Source: Patescibacteria group bacterium (GTDB taxonomy: Bacteria > Patescibacteriota > Patescibacteriia > Buchananbacterales > UBA6539). From it: a stretch of 64,000 bases of DNA. Under the pieces are notes generated by a model. The model worked only from the letters and a program-made list of their open reading frames with translations. It searched no databases and was not told the DNA's origin. The translations under genes were made by a program, and so were the position numbers. This document shows, piece by piece, positions 52,761 to 64,000 of the stretch. The stretch's first letter is position 1; every line of letters starts with the position of its first letter. Location of the stretch: positions 344-64,343 of the forward strand of contig JBAZMQ010000008.1 in the NCBI GenBank assembly GCA_041649675.1, read 5' to 3'.

Positions 52761-55160
52761 ATGTTTGAAGAACAAAAACCACCACAAAATTCGCTTAATA
52801 ATCAAACCAGTCCAATCTCGTCCGAACCTCAGTTGCCACCGCCGCCAGAGTCAATGGCTCAAGTGCCAAAACCTAAACCAGCCAAGCTCAAAACCACTGG
52901 GCCGGTCAGTTCTGCCGGTTGGGCGGCTTTAGTTTTGCTAATTTTAGTCAGTGGCGGCGGTTTAGGCTATTATGTTTATAATAAATTTTTTGCCGGTGCT
53001 ACTTTTAATATCAATCAACCGGTAACAAATCAGAATCAAGGGATAGTTGATAATTCCAATGGCACCAAAAATCAAATTAGTAATTTAATTGGTGCACCAA
53101 TTGTTTTAGCCCAAGACTTTGCGTCTTATAATGAACCGGCCGTGACGGTTAAGCCGGCCATCGTTAAATATCAAACCGCTTCAGATTTGAGTAATATTTC
53201 CAATCTTTCCGATTTCACTCTTTCGCCTCAGGTCAAAGATTTATTAGGCAAAAATAATTTTGTGGTTACGCCGACCTCTTACCAGGAGTTTTTTAGCATC
53301 TACGAATCTAATCGTTATAGCTTTGTGCCGAGTTTTATCACGACCGATTCAATTTTACATAATTATCATTTGGCCTTTGACTTTTTATTACGTCAAATTG
53401 AAGCCAATAAATTGAAAGCCAGTTTAACTGAACTAACTTATAAAATGGTTAAAGCTAGCCAGGCTCAGTATCAAGATTTGCAGGGGACAGAATGGGAAAT
53501 TGCCGCTAAACGTAATGTGGCTTTTTTCACCGTTGCTAACAAATTAGTTTATCCTGACGCTACGCCGGCTGATTATGTTGCCACTGAGGTTAATCAGGAG
53601 CTGGATTTGATTACCAAAGCTGCCGATATTTTGCCATCAGTAGTAATGAATATTGGCGTGACTGATCCTGGGGAAATGTATAATGAAGATTATTCGCAAT
53701 ATATTCCTCGTGGTCATTATACCCGAACTGAAGACTTAAAAGCTTATTTTAAATCAATGATGTATTTGGGCCGCTTTACTTTTCGACAAAAAAGCGACAG
53801 CGAAACTAAGTCGGCCATTTTAATTACTCAGGCTTTGCAAAATTCAACGGACTTAAAAAATTTATGGCAAAGAATTTATGAGCCAACGGTCTTTTTTGTT
53901 GGCAAGGCTGATGATTTAAGTTTTACTGATTATAGCAAAGTTTTGACCTCAGTTTATGGTAATAGCTTCTTGGCTAAAGATTTGGTTGACAATAGTAAAT
54001 TGGAAAGCGCTAAAAATGGTTTAGCCAATTTGGCGGCGCCCAAAATAAATTCCATGCCAATTGCGGATGTCCGGTTTGCACCGGATCGGACTAAAGAAAT
54101 CAAAGGCTTGCGATTTATGGGCCAGCGCTATACTTTAGATTCGGATATTTTCCAGCGCTTAGTTTATCGTGAGGTTGGTGATAAAGCTCATTCTTGTGAT
54201 TCAGATCCGGCCTCTTGGGTTTTGGCCGATTCGCGCCGTTTACCTTCGGGTTTGGATGTAGCCGCGGCTTTTGGTTCAATTGCGGCTTATCAATTACAAA
54301 AAGATAAAGGTGAGACTGATTATGCCTGTTATCAGAATAATTTAGATAAAATGACTCAATATGTTTCTGGTTTAGATAATTCTACTTGGGTCCAAAATTT
54401 GTACTGGGGCTGGCTTTACTCCTTAAGACCTTTATTGGCAGAGAAGGGGGATGGTTATCCGGCCTTTATGCAAAATCAGGCTTGGCAGAAAAAAGATTTA
54501 AATACCTTTTTGGGTAATTGGACCGAGCTAAGACATGATACAATTTTGTATGTTAAACAAGTTTATGCCGAATTGGGCGGTGGTCCGCCAGACGAAAAAG
54601 ACGACCGTGGTTATGTTGAACCAAATCCTTATGTTTATTCTCGTTTAGCCGCTTTAATTAAAATGACTAAAGAAGGTTTACAGTTGCGCACTTTGCTTTC
54701 GGAAAGTGATATTGATTTATTGGATCGCTTAGAAACTTTGTCTTTACGACTCAAAGATATTTCCGAAAAGGAATTGGCCAATCAGGCTTTAACGGCTGAT
54801 GATTACGATTTCATTCGGACCTATGGCGGCAGTCTGGAACATCTGTGGCTTGATGCCTACAAAGATTTGGGAATTGAAAGCAGGAGCCAGCTGGATCAGG
54901 AGCCAGCCGCTTTAGTGGCCGATGTGGCCACTGATCCCAATGGTCAGGTTTTGGAAGAAGGCACTGGTCGGATTTTTGAAATTTATGCTGTTGTTCCAAT
55001 TGACGGCAAATTAAGAATTGCCAAGGGTGGTGTTTATTCTCATTATGAGTTTGCCTGGCCGATTAATGACCGGTTATCCGATGAAAAATGGCGCCAGATG
55101 ATTAATGAAGAAAAGCAGCCAGCCTTGCCGGATTGGACTGCTGAGTTTATTGTGAAGTAA
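52761..55160 (+). CDS. Large hypothetical membrane-anchored protein (799 aa; possibly DUF3160-like)
   Basis: Pro-rich N-terminus, single TM (WAALVLLILVSGGGLGYYVY), long extracytoplasmic domain. Confidence 0.45.
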   Translation: MFEEQKPPQNSLNNQTSPISSEPQLPPPPESMAQVPKPKPAKLKTTGPVSSAGWAALVLLILVSGGGLGYYVYNKFFAGATFNINQPVTNQNQGIVDNSNGTKNQISNLIGAPIVLAQDFASYNEPAVTVKPAIVKYQTASDLSNISNLSDFTLSPQVKDLLGKNNFVVTPTSYQEFFSIYESNRYSFVPSFITTDSILHNYHLAFDFLLRQIEANKLKASLTELTYKMVKASQAQYQDLQGTEWEIAAKRNVAFFTVANKLVYPDATPADYVATEVNQELDLITKAADILPSVVMNIGVTDPGEMYNEDYSQYIPRGHYTRTEDLKAYFKSMMYLGRFTFRQKSDSETKSAILITQALQNSTDLKNLWQRIYEPTVFFVGKADDLSFTDYSKVLTSVYGNSFLAKDLVDNSKLESAKNGLANLAAPKINSMPIADVRFAPDRTKEIKGLRFMGQRYTLDSDIFQRLVYREVGDKAHSCDSDPASWVLADSRRLPSGLDVAAAFGSIAAYQLQKDKGETDYACYQNNLDKMTQYVSGLDNSTWVQNLYWGWLYSLRPLLAEKGDGYPAFMQNQAWQKKDLNTFLGNWTELRHDTILYVKQVYAELGGGPPDEKDDRGYVEPNPYVYSRLAALIKMTKEGLQLRTLLSESDIDLLDRLETLSLRLKDISEKELANQALTADDYDFIRTYGGSLEHLWLDAYKDLGIESRSQLDQEPAALVADVATDPNGQVLEEGTGRIFEIYAVVPIDGKLRIAKGGVYSHYEFAWPINDRLSDEKWRQMINEEKQPALPDWTAEFIVK

Positions 55161-55168
55161 TTTTTCCT

Positions 55169-55273
55169 TGTCATTCTGACCCCGCTGCATAAAATAAATA
55201 GGGGCGGGGGAAGAATCTCAGAGATTCTTCGTCGTCCCATGAACAAGGGTTGGCAGGACTCCTCAGAATGACA
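55169..55273. repeat. TGTCATTCTGAC...TCAGAATGACAG palindromic element (copy 5), in the CapA leader
   Basis: About 105 bp with terminal inverted repeats and an internal CCCCGC...GCGGGG hairpin. Confidence 0.55.
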
Positions 55274-55287
55274 GAGGGTAAGGAATT

Positions 55288-57012
55288 TTGGTTAAAAATA
55301 ATAAAATGAAAAAACATCTTTTTATTATTGGCTTATTAACACTTACTGCCGTAATTATCGGTGGTATTTTAATTATTGAGAATTTTTATCCGACGCAAAG
55401 TCTGTCACCAAATCAAATTAGGCCGGAAAAAATTATCAACATTGAATCACAAACATTAAAGCCAGTTCCCAAATGGCAAAAGCCAGAATCGGAAGTTACT
55501 TTAATTGCGGTTGGCGATATCATGCTTTCCAGAAGTGTTGAACAATTAATGGTTAAACAAAATGATTTTACTTTGCCATTTTCATCGTTAGCAAGTTTAA
55601 CTAAAAATGCCGATATAACTTTTGGTAATTTGGAAACAGCAATTTTACCTGGCCGGCAAATTAATACCGGTGAATTTATGTTTCGGACTAGCCCCAAAAG
55701 TGTTACTGGTTTGAACTTGGGCGGTTTTGATGTTGTGTCGCTGGCCAATAATCACACGCCAAATTTTGGTCTGGACGGCCTAAAAAGTACTTTCAGTAAT
55801 TTAGATAAAGCCGGAATAAAATTTGTTGGTGCTGGAATTGATAGTCAAGCTGCCAGTCAGCCAGTGATTACGGAAAAGCAGGGAATTAAGTTTGGGTTTT
55901 TAGCCTATGTTTACCAGCAACCAGCCAATTATCAGGCCGCTGCTAATCATCCCGGGGTAAACTTTATGGATTTAGCCAAGTTGAAAACTGATGTCAAAAT
56001 TTTAAAACCGCAAGTTGATTTTGTGATTGTTTCCATGCATGCCGGTACGGAATATGTCCCCGAACCCAACCAGGAACAAATTGATTTTGCTCACGCTGCC
56101 ATTGAGGCCGGCGCCAGCTTGGTAATTGGTTCTCATCCGCACGTGGTCCAAACCGTGCAAAAGTATAAAGATGGTTATATTTTTTATAGCTTAGGTAATT
56201 TTATTTTTGATCAACTTTGGTCCGATGACACTCAACAAGGTTTAATGGCAAAGGTTAGTTTCAGTCCAAAACAAATTGATGACATTGAATTTATTCCGGT
56301 TCAAATTAATAAAAATTTTGCACCGCAACTGGCCAGTGCTACGACCACCCAAAAGATTATTAATCGCCTAAAAACGCCATTAAAAATTCAAACAAAATTT
56401 TATTGGACCGGCTCGGAATACGCTCAGCGGCCAAGCTACCAAATTAATAATGAGCAATCCAGCTTACCGCCAACGACTTACCAAGAAAAATATTTGACTG
56501 ATGGCAAATTGTTACAAGCGGTAATTATTAAGAACAAGGCTTACGTGATGTTGGACGGCAAAGCAATTTGGGAAAGCAATTCTGGTTACAAAGTAGAAAA
56601 TGTTTTGATTGGTGATTTTAATAATGACGGGATTGATGAAATTGGTTTTTCGCTTTATAAGCAGGGGAGTTTTGGTCCCAATTTACCGTTTTGGTTAAAA
56701 GAAAATGATAAAAACATTTCCAACCATTTGTTTTTGTATCAGCTTAAAGGTGAGGCATCCTTGCCTCGCCTGCAAATGGTTTGGGGCTCATCAGCCTTGG
56801 ATCAGCCAATTATCAAAATGGCCTTGGTTGATTTAGACCAAGACGGCAAAAATGAATTGGCGGTATTGGAAAAAGATGATAACTCTACCGCCGACTTAGG
56901 TATTTGGCGATTTAATGAATTCAATTTTGTTAATCTTTATAAAAGTGAGGCGGGAAATTATTTTGACCTAAAAACCGATTTGAATTATATTTATCTTAAG
57001 GCGATAAATTAA
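55288..57012 (+). CDS. CapA-family (PGA_cap) metallophosphoesterase-like protein with a C-terminal FG-GAP/VCBS-like repeat region
   Basis: N-terminal TM. LIAVGDIML, GNLET, LANNHT, SMHAGTEY, GSHPHV match the CapA/YwtB pattern. C-terminal IGDFNNDGIDEIG and VDLDQDGKNELAVL. Confidence 0.65.
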   Translation: MVKNNKMKKHLFIIGLLTLTAVIIGGILIIENFYPTQSLSPNQIRPEKIINIESQTLKPVPKWQKPESEVTLIAVGDIMLSRSVEQLMVKQNDFTLPFSSLASLTKNADITFGNLETAILPGRQINTGEFMFRTSPKSVTGLNLGGFDVVSLANNHTPNFGLDGLKSTFSNLDKAGIKFVGAGIDSQAASQPVITEKQGIKFGFLAYVYQQPANYQAAANHPGVNFMDLAKLKTDVKILKPQVDFVIVSMHAGTEYVPEPNQEQIDFAHAAIEAGASLVIGSHPHVVQTVQKYKDGYIFYSLGNFIFDQLWSDDTQQGLMAKVSFSPKQIDDIEFIPVQINKNFAPQLASATTTQKIINRLKTPLKIQTKFYWTGSEYAQRPSYQINNEQSSLPPTTYQEKYLTDGKLLQAVIIKNKAYVMLDGKAIWESNSGYKVENVLIGDFNNDGIDEIGFSLYKQGSFGPNLPFWLKENDKNISNHLFLYQLKGEASLPRLQMVWGSSALDQPIIKMALVDLDQDGKNELAVLEKDDNSTADLGIWRFNEFNFVNLYKSEAGNYFDLKTDLNYIYLKAIN

Positions 57013-57024
57013 TAAAATAAAAAT

Positions 57025-57306
57025 ATGCCAGAAAAAAAATCAACCCAAGAACAAAAATCACTTCGGTTAGCGGTTATTGAACAAGTGGTAGCATTAGCGA
57101 CTAGCGGGTTTGGTCTAGTGGCGGCCTTGGCTTGGAACGAAGCGATTAAAGCTTTCTTTGCTGAATTTTTTCCCCAACCCGGCGGAAACATAATTGCCTT
57201 GTTTAGTTATGCACTGTTTATCACCATTATTGTGGTTTTAGTCAGTATCCAGCTTGGGCGAATCCAGAATTTAGCCAAAAAACAGCTTAATAAAGACAAA
57301 AATTAA
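57025..57306 (+). CDS. Small membrane protein (93 aa)
   Basis: Two TM helices, followed by the hairpin plus T-run at 57484-57511. Confidence 0.35.
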   Translation: MPEKKSTQEQKSLRLAVIEQVVALATSGFGLVAALAWNEAIKAFFAEFFPQPGGNIIALFSYALFITIIVVLVSIQLGRIQNLAKKQLNKDKN

Positions 57307-57731
57307 TTTATAAAAAGGCTACTCTTGACAAGACGTTTTAAATGATATAAAATTGTATTACTCAATAATACTATTTGAGGACCAAAAACAGTCAAAATTA
57401 ATTGAATAAAGCGTATATATGATATTAAGTAAACTAACTCTTAAATTCCCAAGCGCATGATTGGCTGATATTTAGGTTGTATGCACGCCGCTTGGGACCA
57501 GGCGGCTTTTTTAGTCCCACTCAGCTTTAGCTCTCAGGGTTTAGTCCAAAATAATTTTTGCACCTAACTTTGGTAGTTAAAAGAAAGAACGTTGACAATA
57601 AAATCAAATTCAACAAATTCAATTAAAGTAAGTAAGTATCAAGCATCTTAATTAAATTTAGTACACACTAAATTAGCACAGATATGCCATAGAGAATTAA
57701 CATGAGCGGATGCTCGTGTCCCAATTCTTGT

Positions 57732-61037
<3,306 letters not shown>

Positions 61038-61216
61038 AATTGGGAGCGTTGAATTTTGATTTATTCTTTTTAAATTACCAGAAGCCAAGTATCCGAAATA
61101 CTCTGTTTTTGCCTTCGGATGCTTCCTTTTGGTGGTTTTATCCGCCTACGCTCTCACTGCGTTTGAGCTTCGGCGGATAAGGGCGAAAAATTGTTCATTA
61201 AAGTGGGTTTTAGAGT

Positions 61217-61325
<109 letters not shown>

Positions 61326-61367
61326 TTTGGAACCCACTTTTTTGTTTGGTCATCATAAGTAGGCTTG

Positions 61368-61402
61368 CCCGCCGTAGGTCGCCTAAGGCGACCGAAGGCG
61401 GG
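61368..61402. repeat. GC-rich nested-hairpin mini-element (CCCGCC-GTAGGTCGCC-TAA-GGCGACC-GAA-GGCGGG)
   Basis: Homologous to 838-873. Lies between the 5S gene and the terminator. Confidence 0.55.
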
Positions 61403-61422
61403 TCACCGCCAATTTAACATTA

Positions 61423-61450
61423 AGTCCCGCATTACTGCGGGACTTTTTGA
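61423..61450 (+). terminator. Intrinsic terminator of the 23S-5S transcription unit
   Basis: AGTCCCGC-ATTACT-GCGGGACT followed by TTTTTGATTT. Confidence 0.7.
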
Positions 61451-61664
61451 TTTAAAAAATTAGATGGTTGGGTTTACTTATTTTTTAATTATAACATCAC
61501 AAGTAGGCCTGCACGCTTCTTTTTTGTTTGAGATATTTTACGTTCAGGCCATTTTTTGGCTAAATTTATTACTTTTTTTAGTGCATAAGTCTCTTGACAA
61601 TTTCTCTTGACTCCATTTTTCGTATGATATAGTATGATAATATAGATAGTTAAGTACCAAATAT

Positions 61665-61790
61665 CAAATTACAAATTCCAAACAAATCACAAATTTAAAA
61701 TCTCAAAAGCAGGGCGTTTGTAATTTGTAATTTAAATATTGAAATTTATTTGGGATTTGAGATTTTGAATTTCTAATTTACTAACATTAT
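61665..61790. promoter_or_regulatory. Long AT-rich imperfect palindrome containing CAAATTACAAATTCCAA (possible operator) upstream of the RHH-nucleotidyltransferase gene
   Basis: AAATTACAAATTCCAAACAAATCACAAATTTAAAATCTCAAA... is mirrored by ...TTTGGGATTTGAGATTTTGAATTTC. It shares the motif seen at 39517-39530. Confidence 0.35.
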
Positions 61791-62622
61791 GGATCGTTCT
61801 CGTTTAACCATTACACTCAAAAAAGAAATACTCAATCAGCTTGATGAATATATTGATGGTTCAAGGATTAGAAATCGTTCTCATGCCATTGAATATGTTT
61901 TAAGCAAATATTTTGCGCCAAAAATAAAAAAGGCAATTATTTTAGCTGGCGGCCAAGGTTTAAAGATGCGGCCGTTTACTTATGAAATGCCAAAGGCAAT
62001 GATTCCGGTTAACAATCGACCGGTTTTAGATTACATTATTGAAAGTTTAAGGCGCTATGATGTTAGAGAATTAATTATTTCCATTGGTCATCAGGGAAAC
62101 AAAATTAAACAGTATTTTGGTGACGGTTCAAAATGGGGAGTAAAGATTACTTATTTGGAACAGGGCAAATTGGAAATCGGAACGGCCGCTCCTTTGTTGC
62201 AAGCGAAAAAATTAATTGGCGACCAACCCTTTTTGGTTTATTATGGTGATGTTTTAGCCACCATTGATTTAAATGATATGGTTGATTTCCATCTTTCCAA
62301 CGGGGCTTTGGCTACCATGGCTCTAACTTCGGTTAATCGGTCTGCTGATTGGGGAGTGGTTCGGGTTCAGGGCAGCCATGTTTATTCATTTTTAGAAAAG
62401 CCAGATCAAAGAAAAAATTTATCAAATGTTATTAATGCCGGAATTTATCTTTTTGAACCGGCGATTTTTAATTATTTGACCGAAAGTACCAAGCGTTTGG
62501 AAAAAGATGTTTTCCCCAAACTGGTTGAACAGCGAAAACTGTTTGGGTATTTGTTTGCCGGCCAATGGTATGACGTCGGTAATCCGGAAATTTATCAGCA
62601 AGCAGTCAAGGAATGGAAATAA
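61789..62622 (+). CDS. Sugar-phosphate nucleotidyltransferase with an N-terminal ribbon-helix-helix-like extension
   Basis: Residues 46-277: AIILAGGQGLKMRPFTYEMPKAMIPV (NTP_transferase G-loop), …YYGD…, …NAGIYLFE…. Residues 1-45: RLTITLKKEILNQLDEYIDGSRIRNRSHAIEYVL (beta-strand plus helix pattern of RHH/CopG). Confidence 0.7.
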   Translation: MDRSRLTITLKKEILNQLDEYIDGSRIRNRSHAIEYVLSKYFAPKIKKAIILAGGQGLKMRPFTYEMPKAMIPVNNRPVLDYIIESLRRYDVRELIISIGHQGNKIKQYFGDGSKWGVKITYLEQGKLEIGTAAPLLQAKKLIGDQPFLVYYGDVLATIDLNDMVDFHLSNGALATMALTSVNRSADWGVVRVQGSHVYSFLEKPDQRKNLSNVINAGIYLFEPAIFNYLTESTKRLEKDVFPKLVEQRKLFGYLFAGQWYDVGNPEIYQQAVKEWK

Positions 62623-62717
62623 GTTAGTCTTTGAACTAAATTAGATTTTTAAGAAATTAGAAGTCTAATTTGGTTTAAAGGCAGAAACTACAGAAACAAC
62701 CGACGGAGGATTGTACC

Positions 62718-63437
62718 TTGAAAGTTTTAGGTTTAGTTAACGGAAACCCAATAGGCGGCATTGTCTTTGATATCGACAATACCGTTTATCCCCGGTCACC
62801 GGCATACTTTGACGAGGGATCTCGTCTTGAGCTTGAAGGTGCGGCAGAGTGTCTTGGGTTATCGTTTGAGGCATTAGAACCCAAGTTCAAGGCCAAGCGC
62901 CAAGAGATCGAGCAGCAACAAGGCCGTAAGGCAGCAGTTACCGAAACGCTCTACGCGCTGGGGCTTACGCCTGAGCAGTGGAGTGAACTGCGTTTGATTG
63001 CCTGGCAGCCGGAAAAATGGATTTTGCCCGATGAAGAAATTTCCCGATTTTTTGCCAAGCTTTCTCAGCAGTATCAGGTGGCCTTTGGCACCAATTCGCC
63101 CATTGAGATTGGTAAACGCGTCCTGAGCATCATTGGCATTTTGGCAGCAGTGCCCCAGGTTAAGATTTACGGTCCTGAAGTTCTTGGGGCATCTAAGCCT
63201 GAGGCCGCTTTCTATACCGGGATTGCCCAGCGCCTTGGTTTACCGCCAGGGCAGTGTTTGTCAATTGGTGATCGGGATTTTTCGGATGGCCCGCCAGCAG
63301 TGCAAGCGGGTTATGCCGGTGCAATTATTGTCCCCGGAAGTCGCGATGAGCTGCTAAATATCGGTCCAGAACTGTTGGCCGGTAATTGGCAAACGATTCG
63401 CCAACAAGAACAAGGCATGGAGGTGGCTTATGGATGA
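62718..63437 (+). CDS. HAD-superfamily hydrolase (TTG start as per the ORF track). GC-rich.
   Basis: Motif I IVFDIDNTVY (DxDxT) and motif IV SIGDRDFSDG. Confidence 0.55.
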   Translation: MKVLGLVNGNPIGGIVFDIDNTVYPRSPAYFDEGSRLELEGAAECLGLSFEALEPKFKAKRQEIEQQQGRKAAVTETLYALGLTPEQWSELRLIAWQPEKWILPDEEISRFFAKLSQQYQVAFGTNSPIEIGKRVLSIIGILAAVPQVKIYGPEVLGASKPEAAFYTGIAQRLGLPPGQCLSIGDRDFSDGPPAVQAGYAGAIIVPGSRDELLNIGPELLAGNWQTIRQQEQGMEVAYG

Positions 63438-64000
63438 CGAAAAGAGTTTCTCGACAGTAATCCAACGATTACTCCAGCCCGGTAAGTACCCGATATTGGG
63501 GGTAACAGGTCAGGCCGGTGCGGGTAAGACTACTCATGTCACCCCATTGGTTTTGGCCGAAGCCAAGCAGGCTGGTTTTAATGCTCAAACTTTGGGCCTG
63601 GATGCCTTTTTTATACTTTCGAGCCGGGAACGCAAAGCCTGGATCGAGGAAGGGAAAGGCATTAGCCCCGAAGAAGGCATTAGACGCGCTGATCAGATCA
63701 ATTGGTGGGACTTCGCCAAGGCCCAGGAAGCTTTGATCACCTTGCGTCAAGGCAAACCACTTCATCTGACCGGTGTCTATAATCGCGCTGATGGCGGCGA
63801 GCTGACTGGTGAGGTACACATCGAGCCTTCGGCTGAGGGTACACTGGTGGTGTTTGAGGGTGTGGCGATTTGCCATTTGGACGGCATCTCTGAATTGATG
63901 TTTGCTTATGCCCCGGCTCCGGTCAGATTGGCACGCTTGGCAGCGCGCGACCAGCACCGCAAAGGCGCAGACGTGAAGGAGCGTTTTGGCCTGACCCAGG
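63433..64000 (+). CDS. P-loop nucleoside/nucleotide kinase (uridine kinase/PRK-family-like), 3' partial (runs off window end)
   Basis: ATG at 63433 overlaps the upstream stop (ATGGATGA). Walker A GVTGQAGAGKTT. The frame is open to 64000. It is not in the ORF track because no stop lies in the window. The overlapping minus-strand ORF 63469-63957 is judged spurious. Confidence 0.55.

Noticed and set aside
63469-63957. 162-aa minus-strand ORF
   Set aside because: It lies antisense to a + strand ORF that has a Walker A motif (GVTGQAGAGKTT) and a start overlapping the upstream stop. The region is GC-rich, which inflates antisense ORFs.

Overview
The window is low-GC (roughly mid-30s % GC), gene-dense bacterial DNA. 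I place it provisionally in a Candidate Phyla Radiation/Patescibacteria-like lineage. The reasons are the minimal metabolism, many secreted or surface proteins (a 3x lamin-tail-domain plus PKD protein, CARDB-like and pilin-like proteins), a TrmB-type regulator, rubrerythrin, 23S rRNA insertions, and no 16S next to the 23S-5S pair.

Recognisable genes include a partial amino-acid ABC permease, typA/bipA, rubrerythrin, two paralogous secreted HExxH metallopeptidases, an SDR oxidoreductase, a Ca2+-type P-type ATPase, an MBL hydrolase, a Wzx-like flippase, an O-antigen-ligase-like protein, a GT39 glycosyltransferase, ruvB, an HD-GYP/GAF protein, a TrmH methyltransferase, a NitT/TauT-type ABC transporter (SBP, permease, ATPase), a TrmB-like regulator, an aminotransferase (dapL-like) with lysA, an amidohydrolase, a ZIP transporter, an IMPDH-family gene with guaA, a four-helix-bundle (23S-rRNA-IVS-protein family) gene, a CapA-family protein, 23S and 5S rRNA, and tRNA-Ser(CGA), tRNA-Gly(GCC), tRNA-Leu(TAA) and tRNA-Leu(TAG).

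The most unusual content is non-coding.
- Each plus-strand tRNA (Ser, Gly, Leu-TAG) sits next to degenerate copies of itself that are interrupted by short GC-rich nested-hairpin elements (CCGCC...GGCGG). This family also occurs after the 5S gene and in the 23S-5S spacer.
- The tRNA-Ser locus has tandem ~175-bp units, and the intact tRNA is flanked by a perfect 13-bp inverted repeat.
- A second family of 75-105-bp palindromic elements bounded by TGTCAT...ATGACA occurs five times.
- The 23S gene carries two homologous ~140-nt palindromic insertions, one at the classical helix-45 intervening-sequence position.
- The IVS-protein-family gene lies outside the rRNA, inside a ~30-bp inverted-repeat cassette next to the tRNA-Leu array.
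- Two heptanucleotide x4 tracts sit inside CDSs (the O-antigen-ligase-like gene and guaA, which also shows an internal partial duplication).
- Several genes are GC-rich islands and are horizontal-transfer candidates.

No CRISPR array, integrase, transposase or phage structural gene was seen.
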